The notes below the pieces were generated by a model that had not been told where the DNA came from, did not search any database, and worked only from the letters and a program-made list of their open reading frames with translations. Made by a program: the position numbers and the translations under genes. DNA of 62,954 nt, the filler included. It is 8 parts of 8 records of this genome, joined end to end, with 100 filler letters (N's around TTAATTAATTAA, not from the genome) between each part and the next. Parts side by side here need not be neighbours in the genome. Positions count along the whole stretch, not along the records: positions 22,513 to 29,145 come from SRR31156797_29207; positions 29,246 to 35,487 come from SRR31156797_29241; positions 35,588 to 40,902 come from SRR31156797_29247; 5 more parts are not named here. One strand, given 5' to 3'. Below, piece by piece: positions 28,831 through 37,812 of this stretch; the stretch's first letter is position 1; each line of letters starts with the position of its first letter.

Positions 28831-29145
28831 ATGGATTTTAATACAATACAGTCAACATTGGTTGCCTGCGACCAGAATAAACTCATAAACTTGGTAAACG
28901 ACGCCGTTGAAACGGGTGTTCCGGCCTCAGATATTCTTTCCCGGGGGTTGATCGCGGGCATGGATATTGTCGGGGAGAAAATGGAAAGCGGGGATATGTT
29001 CATTCCCGAAGTTCTTATGGCCGCCCAGGCCATGGCAGGTTGTGTTGAGATTCTCAAACCCCTGCTCGGGGAAGGGGACGGCGCTTCAACGGCCTCTGTG
29101 ATCATCGGCACCGTAAAAGGGGATCTCCACGACATCGGGAAAAAC
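28831..29145 (+). CDS. Methyltransferase cognate corrinoid protein (MttC/MtbC-like), N-terminal part
   Basis: Cap domain GLIAGMDIVGEK...FIPEVLMAAQAM; GTVKGDLHDIGKN (DxHxxG); truncated by contig end. Confidence 0.93.
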
Positions 29146-29245
29146 NNNNNNNNNNNNNNNNNNNNNNNNNNNNNNNNNNNNNNNNNNNNTTAATTAATTA
29201 ANNNNNNNNNNNNNNNNNNNNNNNNNNNNNNNNNNNNNNNNNNNN
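29146..29245. other. Artificial contig linker
   Basis: N run with TTAATTAATTAA. Confidence 0.99.
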
Positions 29246-29263
29246 ATCCTCTCATCCCGACCA
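29246..29263 (+). tRNA. 3' end of a tRNA-Pro-like gene or its att-site duplication (fragment)
   Basis: ATCCTCTCATCCCGACCA reads as the T-arm 3' side plus acceptor strand CATCCCG-A-CCA, typical of tRNA-Pro starting CGGGATG; only 18 nt visible. Confidence 0.55.
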
Positions 29264-29271
29264 GATAAATC

Positions 29272-29305
29272 AAGGACTTACGAGAAATACTCGTAAGTCC
29301 TTTTT
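29272..29305 (+). terminator. Hairpin with U-tract after the tRNA end
   Basis: AAGGACTTACGAG-AAATA-CTCGTAAGTCCTT (13-bp stem) followed by TTT. Confidence 0.75.
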
Positions 29306-29568
29306 CGTTTTTGCTAACCTATTGCTAACATCAATCACCACAATCGCCTCCAGAACACTTTCGACTCCCCACATCCTTGCCCCCAATAGCTGACCAATAA
29401 GAATTTGTACGAGCTTTACAGAAAAAACGGTGAATGATATTGGCCTTGCAGCTATAGTAGATTCATTATCATTAAGCTTGCCTGTATTATGGTCTGGATT
29501 TTCTGGCTAAATAGTTTCTAAGCACCCCAAGATGACCGTTTTTCACACAAGCATCCATAGGGTTATTT

Positions 29569-30651
29569 ATGAGCAAAACAGCAACAAACGCAGGGGTCAT
29601 AGCCACAACTGGCTTTGGATTGCAAAAAAACATAGCCATATTCTGCCTACTGGAAGACTATCACCAATTTAAAGACAGAAAATACTCAATATTCATGGAA
29701 CATCATGATGATGTTGTTTTTTGTTTTTTTACCCCCGACGACAGAATTGAAGAGTTAAAAGCTCTTCAATCCAAAAAAAACAGCAAAGAATGGCTCATTA
29801 ATAAAGAGCTAGCAGAGATTGTAGCAAAACTTCTTGAAACAGGATCAAAGCTCGCTAAGGACGTAACTGTTCCTAAAACTAAAAACTGCCAAAAAACACT
29901 TATCTTTGCCTCAAACCAATCCTTAAGATTAAGCTCTGGACGCAAGAAAGATGATGCCACAAAACGCATTAATGAAGAGTGCGTTCATTGCTTATACACA
30001 GATTTACCTGATAAAATTCAAAAGAAATTTATCGAAAAGATAGGCAACACAGGTTTTAACAATGAATTAAAGCACCTATCATTTACTTACATTGACTTGC
30101 CTGCCACTATCAAAGGCCAAAAAGAAACCTTATCCGGTAAACTCCAAACATTATTTGGGAATACAATCACGGACCACACGGCGGCCATCGATACGATCAT
30201 TCATCTGCTAGGAAAGACAGAAACTACTTACAATCAAAACAGAGAAGCAAAACTTGTTGATAAAACGAAGCAGGTCACACACTTAGAAATCGAAGACGTT
30301 TTTAATCTATGTAAATCAAAGGCAAAATCCTTTGACTACTGGAGAAAGCAAGCCATCAGCATTTCAAAAGCTTTAAGACTATTCCCACGGGATAAAGAAA
30401 GCTTTAAAGAAAATTTCCGAAACGCATTCGATTATTTTAAGAGCAAAGAGCAAGCTGAACACTTAAGGATTCTCGATTTCGTAAAAGATAATTACAAAAA
30501 ATACGAAGAGATTGAAGAAATCGACAGTATCCAGAACCTATTCAATGCCTTTACTGACAGCAATAGTTCTCCCTTAGAAGAACTCACTTTAAAATCAATA
30601 ATATATGCCGCATATTTTGAAGTGACATATAAAAGAGATACTCAGCAATGA
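29569..30651 (+). CDS. lmuA: Cap4/DUF4297-like dsDNA nuclease effector (Lamassu LmuA-like)
   Basis: N-terminal AG..A..GF.LQ...A, EHHDDV and QSK motifs (PD-(D/E)xK variant); ATGA-coupled to an SMC-like ATPase. Confidence 0.75.
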   Translation: MSKTATNAGVIATTGFGLQKNIAIFCLLEDYHQFKDRKYSIFMEHHDDVVFCFFTPDDRIEELKALQSKKNSKEWLINKELAEIVAKLLETGSKLAKDVTVPKTKNCQKTLIFASNQSLRLSSGRKKDDATKRINEECVHCLYTDLPDKIQKKFIEKIGNTGFNNELKHLSFTYIDLPATIKGQKETLSGKLQTLFGNTITDHTAAIDTIIHLLGKTETTYNQNREAKLVDKTKQVTHLEIEDVFNLCKSKAKSFDYWRKQAISISKALRLFPRDKESFKENFRNAFDYFKSKEQAEHLRILDFVKDNYKKYEEIEEIDSIQNLFNAFTDSNSSPLEELTLKSIIYAAYFEVTYKRDTQQ

Positions 30652-32372
30652 ACTCAACCATACGATTTGATAGATTTTTTGCTTTCTCGGAGAGGAAAAA
30701 CAAATTCTTCAACACCACATTTGGCGACAAACTAAATATTATCTATGGCAAAAACACATCAGGAAAGAGCACGCTTATACAATCAATTCTTTATACGTTT
30801 GGTATAAACAGTGAAAATAATAAATTAAATGAAATTCTCGATGCGGATGCTGTATTCAGATTAGACTTAACCCTACAATCAACAACAAATGAAAGCATAA
30901 CCATTATTCGAGATAACAATGAACTAATTTTGAACAGAGGAAATGGCCCAACAAAACGGTTTATTGGAATAAATGGAGATAATTCTCGCGAGCACATAAA
31001 ACTAAAAAAATACTTTGGAGAGCTTTTTGCCTTTAATCTAAATCTCAACTCTTCAGGCACTTACAAGCAAGCCGCAATAGAAGCCTTTTTCCTCCCCTAC
31101 TATGTCGCACAAGATGTAGGATGGGTTTATCCTTTTAAATCATTCAAAGGCCTTGACTACGTAAAAGGATTTAAAACAGATTTTTTTGATTATTATTTAG
31201 GTGTGACCAACCAAGATGATATTGATAAAAAGCTAAAACTGGAGGCCAAAAAAAATGAACATGACACAAAAAAGGCTTTTCTCATAAAATCAATACAAAA
31301 AGACAAAGTCTATGAAGTGGCACGAGCAAAAGATGAGAATTACATAGAAAAAGCAAACACTTTCATAAATGATCACAAAGCTACAAAAAGAGAACTAATC
31401 CTAAGTGAAAAAAAATCTCTTCATATTGCCAACCAACTCACACTACTTCGAAGACGTAAAAATCTTTTATTAGCGATTAAAAGAGAGTCACTTCAACAAA
31501 AGCCAATTGAAGGAACTTGTCCAACATGTAAGCAGAGCATCTCAAACAGCTTAGATGAGCATTACGAATTTTATCAGAACATAAACGACACAGTCTCAGA
31601 GCTTGACATAATCAACACCAAAATCAAAAAATTACAGGGACAAAACAATTCTAATGATAAATTAATTGATGGTTTAAAAAAAGACATTAAAAAAGGCCAT
31701 GATGCCTTAAAAGAGTATGCTATTGACGAAACCTCATTCACCGACTGGCTTGATCGAAAAACAGATGTAAAACTACTTGAAAGAACAGAAAAAACTATCG
31801 GAAAACTAGAGGTACTATCTGAAAAATTAAAAAAGAAACTGAAAGAATTTGATGACAGTGAGTTAACCAAGATCCGAAACAATTACAGCAATAATTTCAA
31901 AACCATATTTCAAGCATATTTATCAGAACTCGGCGTCACGCCATTCAAGGATCGTAGATATCTTCTCCTGTATCAAATTCCCGGCTTCCCTAAACAAGGA
32001 GTCGAACTGCTGAAAACGTTGCTAGCATTTTATTTTGCTTTTAATAAAATCACATCATTCACAGCAACGATTCACAGGTGCCCGTTCTTGCTCGACTCAG
32101 TATTTGAGGGGGACGTTGAAGACGACAATAAAAATAGAGTTCTTAAATTTATTAACTCACATGCCCCGAATGACACTCAAACCTTTATTACTATAGCTGA
32201 TGATGTTAAAAGTAAAACACCTGTTGAAGAATACAACAAAACCATATTTAGCAACAAAGCAAAACTAATCTGCATAGGAAACAACGAAAAAGAAAGAGCG
32301 TTTCTCACTGACTACAATGATGAACATGCAGATTACCTGAATGAAACACGAAAACTACTTGAAGAAACATAA
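30648..32372 (+). CDS. lmuB: Short SMC/Rad50-like ATPase (Lamassu LmuB-like)
   Basis: Walker A GKNTSGKST, YVAQDVGW Q-loop, coiled coils around a CPTC Zn-hook, degenerate signature KQGVE, Walker B PFLLDS. Confidence 0.8.
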   Translation: MNSTIRFDRFFAFSERKNKFFNTTFGDKLNIIYGKNTSGKSTLIQSILYTFGINSENNKLNEILDADAVFRLDLTLQSTTNESITIIRDNNELILNRGNGPTKRFIGINGDNSREHIKLKKYFGELFAFNLNLNSSGTYKQAAIEAFFLPYYVAQDVGWVYPFKSFKGLDYVKGFKTDFFDYYLGVTNQDDIDKKLKLEAKKNEHDTKKAFLIKSIQKDKVYEVARAKDENYIEKANTFINDHKATKRELILSEKKSLHIANQLTLLRRRKNLLLAIKRESLQQKPIEGTCPTCKQSISNSLDEHYEFYQNINDTVSELDIINTKIKKLQGQNNSNDKLIDGLKKDIKKGHDALKEYAIDETSFTDWLDRKTDVKLLERTEKTIGKLEVLSEKLKKKLKEFDDSELTKIRNNYSNNFKTIFQAYLSELGVTPFKDRRYLLLYQIPGFPKQGVELLKTLLAFYFAFNKITSFTATIHRCPFLLDSVFEGDVEDDNKNRVLKFINSHAPNDTQTFITIADDVKSKTPVEEYNKTIFSNKAKLICIGNNEKERAFLTDYNDEHADYLNETRKLLEET

Positions 32373-32387
32373 CAGACCACACATCAA

Positions 32388-35186
32388 TCATTCTAACATT
32401 CCCTCAAGCTTTGCATAGTCCTTTGCAAGATCATTTGCGTATTTTTCATTATTACAATTCTTTATTGCCAAAGAGCATTCTTTCAGCGCTTTTTCGATAT
32501 CGCCTGATTTCTCATAGCAGGAGCTTAAGCGATTATGGTAGATCGAAATCCTCCCCTGGCCTGCTCGATCTTTCGCAGCAAGATCGAAAGCCTTGATAGC
32601 AGATTGAAGAGCCGCATCGTTTTCTTGAACTGCTGAAAGAGTTTTCGACTTTGCATACAGTATCCAATGATCAAGCTGATCTTCGGGGACCTTATCAATA
32701 ACAGCAAGAGCCTTTTCAGGTCTTCCTGCAGCATTGTACGCCTTAGATGCTGCACGCGCATCAAATGACTTCAACACATTCTTAGTAGATATTGAATCAG
32801 CGAAAGAGCAACTCGCCCTAGCGAGTTCACACGAAAGGCTCAGCTTTCCTTCCATGGCTGCAGTGTTTGCCATATTTGCTAACGCATCACAGGCATTAAC
32901 CCACTGCCTCTCATCAACTAAACTTGGCGGCATAGCCAACATTTCAGGAAGAGCTTCTGCAAGGTCAACACAGCACTTACCATGATTATATCCAAAAAGG
33001 GATGTAAGAGCGACAAAGGCCTCATAAAATTGATCAAATCCCTCCAACGCAGACATAGCAATGACATCTGACAGAATCTGAACTTCCGCAGGATTTGCTT
33101 TGATGGAGTTTGCGATTTTCCAATATGACCTGAGCCTCGAAATACCTGCAAGAGATACTCGCAACGGCACCGCCAGAGGGTCTACTAAAACGCTCTCCAT
33201 TAGCATCTCAAAAGCCTTTTGACCTTCTGCTTTTATTGCCTCATCGGCTTTGTATTGTGAACCAAGATGCGCAATCTGCCCATATGTTGCGTGCCAATTA
33301 GGTTTGATTTCAAGGAGTTTCTTGAAACACTCAAGAGCCTCTTTATGCTGTCCACAACGCCTAAGAGCTTTTCCGCCATGGTGTAACAACTCTGCTTTTA
33401 CTTCCTCGTTTTCCGAAGCTGCAAAACAAGCTTCATACTCTTGAGCACAAGCCTTGTAATACTCTTGACGCTCCTCACGGCCCTCAATGGAATATGAATA
33501 TATTTCTTTTGAATCGACTATACTCACTACTGAAGCAAGATCCATATCCGGCGTAATTTCATTAGTATAAATCTGCTCGTAGATGGCCTGCTCTTCTTCT
33601 CCTTCAAGTTGCAAAAGTGCGTAAGTCAACCAATCAGGATTCCGCTCTCCTCGACGTAAATGCTCATCATAGATTTGCTTTTTTGCAAGATGGATTTGTC
33701 TAAGCACCCCGAACTCCATCTCCCCTTCATGTTCAGCAATGTAGTTCTCTATAGCCTCGGCTAACCCCGTCGAGCCATCTTCATCATGCATAGACAGATA
33801 TACAAGATCATGTACCTTGACCACTCCAGGTGTGCTTGCTGGCATCACGATTGAGAGCCGCTGGAGATTGATACATGCATTAAAACCTACAAATCCTCTT
33901 AAGAAATCCAAATCATGTGTAGTCAGCCCTGAATTAGCAATCTTGGAAAGAGCATTGAGTTCCCCTCCTTGAAGCTTTGACAGAATTTGACGCATAATGG
34001 ACTTTCCATCATCTCCATAAATGGCTTTAGGATCATCCAGCACCTCTCTATAAAAAGCATCTCCATTCACTCCCTGCAATCGCACCATATTTCTTGCAGT
34101 AGCCAAAATAAGAGGAGAGAAAAGACATGCCTCGACAAACTCTCTACACGTTGCTGAAGCTGTTTCTGGATCTTCCCCAAGCACCTTAAGCGCAACATCT
34201 TCTGATAACGTTGGAATTGGTAAATATAACTCATTCCCTGGCACTGATAACTGAGAAGTCACTAAAACAATGCCGCCTTTCTCAAATCCACCAGCCAACT
34301 CAGATAACAGATTAAGGTCGATCCCTCGCTCAAAACTATCAATAACTAGAATAGTTTTGCCTGCATTAAATGCTCCTGCGATATTAACGGGCGTCCCCCC
34401 TCTGGATCGCTGAATTGCACTCAATGGAGTATCTCTCTTCCAATCATCACCATTGATCCATAAATAATTATCAAAATTATCGCGATTGTGATGAATATAA
34501 TCGATCGCAGCCTGCGTCTTACCAGCTCCACTCAAACCATAAAGCACACATGTATTTACACCTCGCTCATAATAAGCATTCACCGCATCAATAATGTTTG
34601 CAGCGGAGACATGCATGTCACATTGCCCAGGCACTTTCCCATAATACTCGTAGTTATTTAGGTCTGCTAAGAATCCTGGAAGAAAATCTGTGAAAAATCT
34701 AGTAATTGTACCATTTTCTAAAGACAATTCGTAAATGGTTTTTGCCAATTCACGAGCATCAAATATTACAACCTTGTAGCCGACTTTCTTCGCTAGAGGA
34801 GTTGAATTGAACTTTGCTCGAAACGAGGGAATTTCCTCCTCTGTGCTGATTAAATAGATTTTATCTGGTCCATTTGGTTCATTGTGCCCCTGAGCATGAT
34901 TTAAGTCCTTTTCAATCTTCTCGTATGTAGGAGCCGCCTTAGGCGTACTGTCCTCAAAATACTTTTTCTCTGTGCTATACTCTGCAACGATGGTTGAATC
35001 AGGAGAAAAACTGTCTACTGTATGACCTACGGGTTTATAGTCCTTGTTGATTCCTCGATGCACCATCCTCTGAGATTCAAGCAAGGAAACAACATTATGT
35101 CCGATTAACTCTAATTCAATGGCACCAAGGCATTGAATTTCAGAGATTAAATTTTTTACAATCCGTTTCTTGATATATTCTGACAT
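32388..35186 (-). CDS. STAND/NB-ARC-like NTPase with N-terminal putative nuclease and C-terminal TPR region (Avs/NLR-like)
   Basis: Walker A GLSGAGKT, Walker B LVIDSFE, sensor VLVTSQ, FSPL (GxP-like), KVHDLV (MHD-like), TPR-like helices; start at ATG 35186 after AAGGGG. Confidence 0.8.
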   Translation of the reverse strand: MSEYIKKRIVKNLISEIQCLGAIELELIGHNVVSLLESQRMVHRGINKDYKPVGHTVDSFSPDSTIVAEYSTEKKYFEDSTPKAAPTYEKIEKDLNHAQGHNEPNGPDKIYLISTEEEIPSFRAKFNSTPLAKKVGYKVVIFDARELAKTIYELSLENGTITRFFTDFLPGFLADLNNYEYYGKVPGQCDMHVSAANIIDAVNAYYERGVNTCVLYGLSGAGKTQAAIDYIHHNRDNFDNYLWINGDDWKRDTPLSAIQRSRGGTPVNIAGAFNAGKTILVIDSFERGIDLNLLSELAGGFEKGGIVLVTSQLSVPGNELYLPIPTLSEDVALKVLGEDPETASATCREFVEACLFSPLILATARNMVRLQGVNGDAFYREVLDDPKAIYGDDGKSIMRQILSKLQGGELNALSKIANSGLTTHDLDFLRGFVGFNACINLQRLSIVMPASTPGVVKVHDLVYLSMHDEDGSTGLAEAIENYIAEHEGEMEFGVLRQIHLAKKQIYDEHLRRGERNPDWLTYALLQLEGEEEQAIYEQIYTNEITPDMDLASVVSIVDSKEIYSYSIEGREERQEYYKACAQEYEACFAASENEEVKAELLHHGGKALRRCGQHKEALECFKKLLEIKPNWHATYGQIAHLGSQYKADEAIKAEGQKAFEMLMESVLVDPLAVPLRVSLAGISRLRSYWKIANSIKANPAEVQILSDVIAMSALEGFDQFYEAFVALTSLFGYNHGKCCVDLAEALPEMLAMPPSLVDERQWVNACDALANMANTAAMEGKLSLSCELARASCSFADSISTKNVLKSFDARAASKAYNAAGRPEKALAVIDKVPEDQLDHWILYAKSKTLSAVQENDAALQSAIKAFDLAAKDRAGQGRISIYHNRLSSCYEKSGDIEKALKECSLAIKNCNNEKYANDLAKDYAKLEGMLE

Positions 35187-35487
35187 TGACAATCCCCTTC
35201 TCACCCTTGCCTAACTCCTCATACCTACAAAAAATACCACCTTCAGACACGTTGACCGACACACTTCTCAATATTTCTCTATAATCATTAAGTAAGAGCA
35301 TACTAAATAAAACCCAGCAAATAGCCAACTAACCAGCTACGATAATTTTATTTTCTACCCGAAAAATGCCATATAATCCACAATCAATATCGACTTACGA
35401 AATCAGATCGTAAATCGACGTAGCCTATGGATACGCTAACGCTGACGTACTGGTTGATCAGCAATGCTCGGACATGTCCGTGAAGTA

Positions 35488-35587
35488 NNNNNNNNNNNNN
35501 NNNNNNNNNNNNNNNNNNNNNNNNNNNNNNNTTAATTAATTAANNNNNNNNNNNNNNNNNNNNNNNNNNNNNNNNNNNNNNNNNNNN
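35488..35587. other. Artificial contig linker
   Basis: N run with TTAATTAATTAA. Confidence 0.99.
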
Positions 35588-37050
35588 GTCACGGCGCCTT
35601 CCATTGTGCCTGCGTCGGCTCTGGCGGCGGGAGCGGAAAGCACGGCCTCAGAATAATCGACCGAACCGGGAGGCACGACTGCGGTACCGATCTCGGTCCG
35701 GATGCCTCCGCCGTTCTTGATGGAAACCTGAACGGGCTCTTTCGCCATCTGATTGGCGTACCAGAGATTGGCGTCTGCGGTCAGGCTTCCCAGATTGGTC
35801 TGCATGGTTCGCACGCTGCTTCTTCTGCCGTCCAGGTAGACAGAGGTGTAGCCCAGCACATTGCTGTACTGCTTGAGGATCACGCCGTGAATGGCTTCCT
35901 GAACCTTGACGACCTCGGGATTTGCGGTTCCGCCTACGGCTGCTACGTTCTCGGAGGTAGCGGCCCAACTTCCGTTCAGCTCTTCGTCCAGGCTGTCTAC
36001 GACAAGAACGCCGTCGGCATCGAATCCGATAACAAGACGTCCCAGATATTTGTAATCGCCGTCAACGTTTACAACCAGGGTGGGCATTCCGGCAGCGTCC
36101 ATAGTCTCGAAGGGATAGGACTCGTCCCATGCCTCGTCAGCTCCGAACAATGTATCGGTTTCATCACCCATTCTGGTGTTGGAACCTCCGGCGACGATGA
36201 TATCCACATCCTTCAGATAAGTGGCCAGCTCTTTCTCTATGGAGATCTGCTGCATATGGGCCAGAACAATGATCTTGTTGATGCCCTTTGCGGTCAGAGC
36301 GTCAACGGCACCCTGAATCTCGGCTGCCAGGGCGGGGATGTCCCAGCCATCGGCAGCGGGAGAAACGACCAGGCCGCCCACGCTGGTTATATCCTTAAGG
36401 ATGGGAGTGGAGGCGCCGACGAGACCGATCTTCTCTCCGTTTACCTCAACCACCGCGGAAGCGGCGAACTTACCGGCCAGGTCATCGGCCATTCCGCCGT
36501 CCATGCCCATCATTTCCGCCGTGTCTTCCTCCTTGGAGAAGTCGGTGTTGGCTGACAGATAGGGAAAGAGGGAACCGGGAAAATCAACGCCGTTCTTGGA
36601 TTCTGCGGACATGGCGTCTGCCAGTTCGCCGGGGCCGGCGTCCAGATCATGGTTACCCAGGGCACAGGCCTTTACGTTCATAGCGTTCAGGAAAGCGATA
36701 TCCGCATGGCCGGGCTCGTTGCTTCCCGTAACCGCGCGAACAGGCTTCTGCTCGGCTGCATAGAAACGGGGACCGGGGATGATAACGTCACCGGAGCTGA
36801 CGACCAGGGTGGACGCACCATATACAGCGTCCTTTGAAAAGCCATCCACGAGAGCGGAAAACTCATCAACAGCATCCAGGGCGATCTCTTCATTCCCGTC
36901 GATATCGGCGAAATGCAGCAGCTGCAGAGTATACGCCACAGGCCCGGCCTTATAATCACTGGTCGGAACGGATGAGGTCGCGCAACCGATGAAAAGGGCG
37001 GTACTTGCAAGCAGCAGAGCTGCCAGTCCAAGTAACAGATTTTTTTTCAT
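35588..37050 (-). CDS. 5'-nucleotidase / metallophosphoesterase lipoprotein, C-terminally truncated
   Basis: Lipobox LFIGC; LQLLHFAD, SSGD, LGNHD, IIVLAH, TNLGSLTADA, KNGGGIR; start ATG 37050 after GGAG. Confidence 0.9.
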
Positions 37051-37215
37051 AAACTTCTCCTTCAGAAATAACTGCAATAGCGTTCACAGAGGCACTATTG
37101 ATACTTCCTCTTATGAGTATAAAGGCCATTCAGGAATAATCAACTATAATAATGCAATCTGGTTCATGAAGTTTTACCAGTTTCATCATTAACAGGAGGA
37201 CGGATTGATGAAAAT

Positions 37216-37251
37216 AAAAAAAGGACAGCCCTTCGCTGAGGGACTGTCCTT
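37216..37251 (-). terminator. Rho-independent terminator
   Basis: Minus strand AAGGACAGTCCCT-CAGCGA-AGGGCTGTCCTT followed by TTTTT, downstream of the Zn-finger gene. Confidence 0.75.
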
Positions 37252-37307
37252 AAATTGTTTCAGAGATTTTTCAGATAAAAAAATTAACTTATATAGAGAA
37301 CCGAGAT

Positions 37308-37568
37308 TCAGCCGGTCTTCCGGCTCTGCCCCAGATTCCAGCGCGTATAGTGGGGAAAATGCTTCACGCTGAAGTCCTTTTTCAGGTCCTTCAGGGGCGG
37401 CGTTTTCTTTTTCAGGGCGACCCCGCAGTCCGGGCAGCTCGCCCCCTTGTCCTGACAGCGATTGCAGATATAAAAATACTTGTCGCAGTGAGGACAGTAG
37501 TGCTTCTTGTTGATGGCTCTGAAAATGGTACGGCAGCCATCGCATGTGGCTTCATTCAGTTCGTACAT
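37308..37568 (-). CDS. Small Cys-rich protein with four CxxC motifs (86 aa)
   Basis: CDGC, CPHC, CNRC, CPDC; AGGAG RBS; has its own terminator. Confidence 0.75.
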   Translation of the reverse strand: MYELNEATCDGCRTIFRAINKKHYCPHCDKYFYICNRCQDKGASCPDCGVALKKKTPPLKDLKKDFSVKHFPHYTRWNLGQSRKTG

Positions 37569-37748
37569 ACCCGGTCTCCTTTCATCAAATGGTTTCTACT
37601 CTATTTTACGGAACAAAACACCATCAACTGCATAGACCGTTTGGTATAATTTACAGCCCAAGCCCCTATGGATTGTAACCTGAGAGCAGCACTGCTGTTC
37701 AAAACCGCCCCCTTTCCCACCTTTTGCAAAGGGGAACGGGCTCTCAAT

Positions 37749-37778
37749 AAAAAAAATCGCTCCCCACAGGGAAGCGAT
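37749..37778 (-). terminator. Rho-independent terminator of gltBD
   Basis: Minus strand ATCGCTTCC-CTGTG-GGGAGCGAT followed by a T-run. Confidence 0.7.
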
Positions 37779-37812
37779 CCATATTATCCGATTCGGCCGA
37801 AACGACTTTGGC

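Larger units (their letters stand above)
29246..35487. mobile_element. Putative tRNA-integrated genomic (defence) island segment
   Basis: tRNA 3' end, hairpin and tandem TTGCTAAC repeats (29311, 29322), then AT-rich defence-type genes; no integrase within the contig. Confidence 0.5.

Noticed and set aside
30648-32372. Housekeeping SbcC/RecN or Wadjet JetC
   Set aside because: No SbcD or JetABD partners, short coiled coil, and tight coupling to a Cap4-like nuclease fit Lamassu better.
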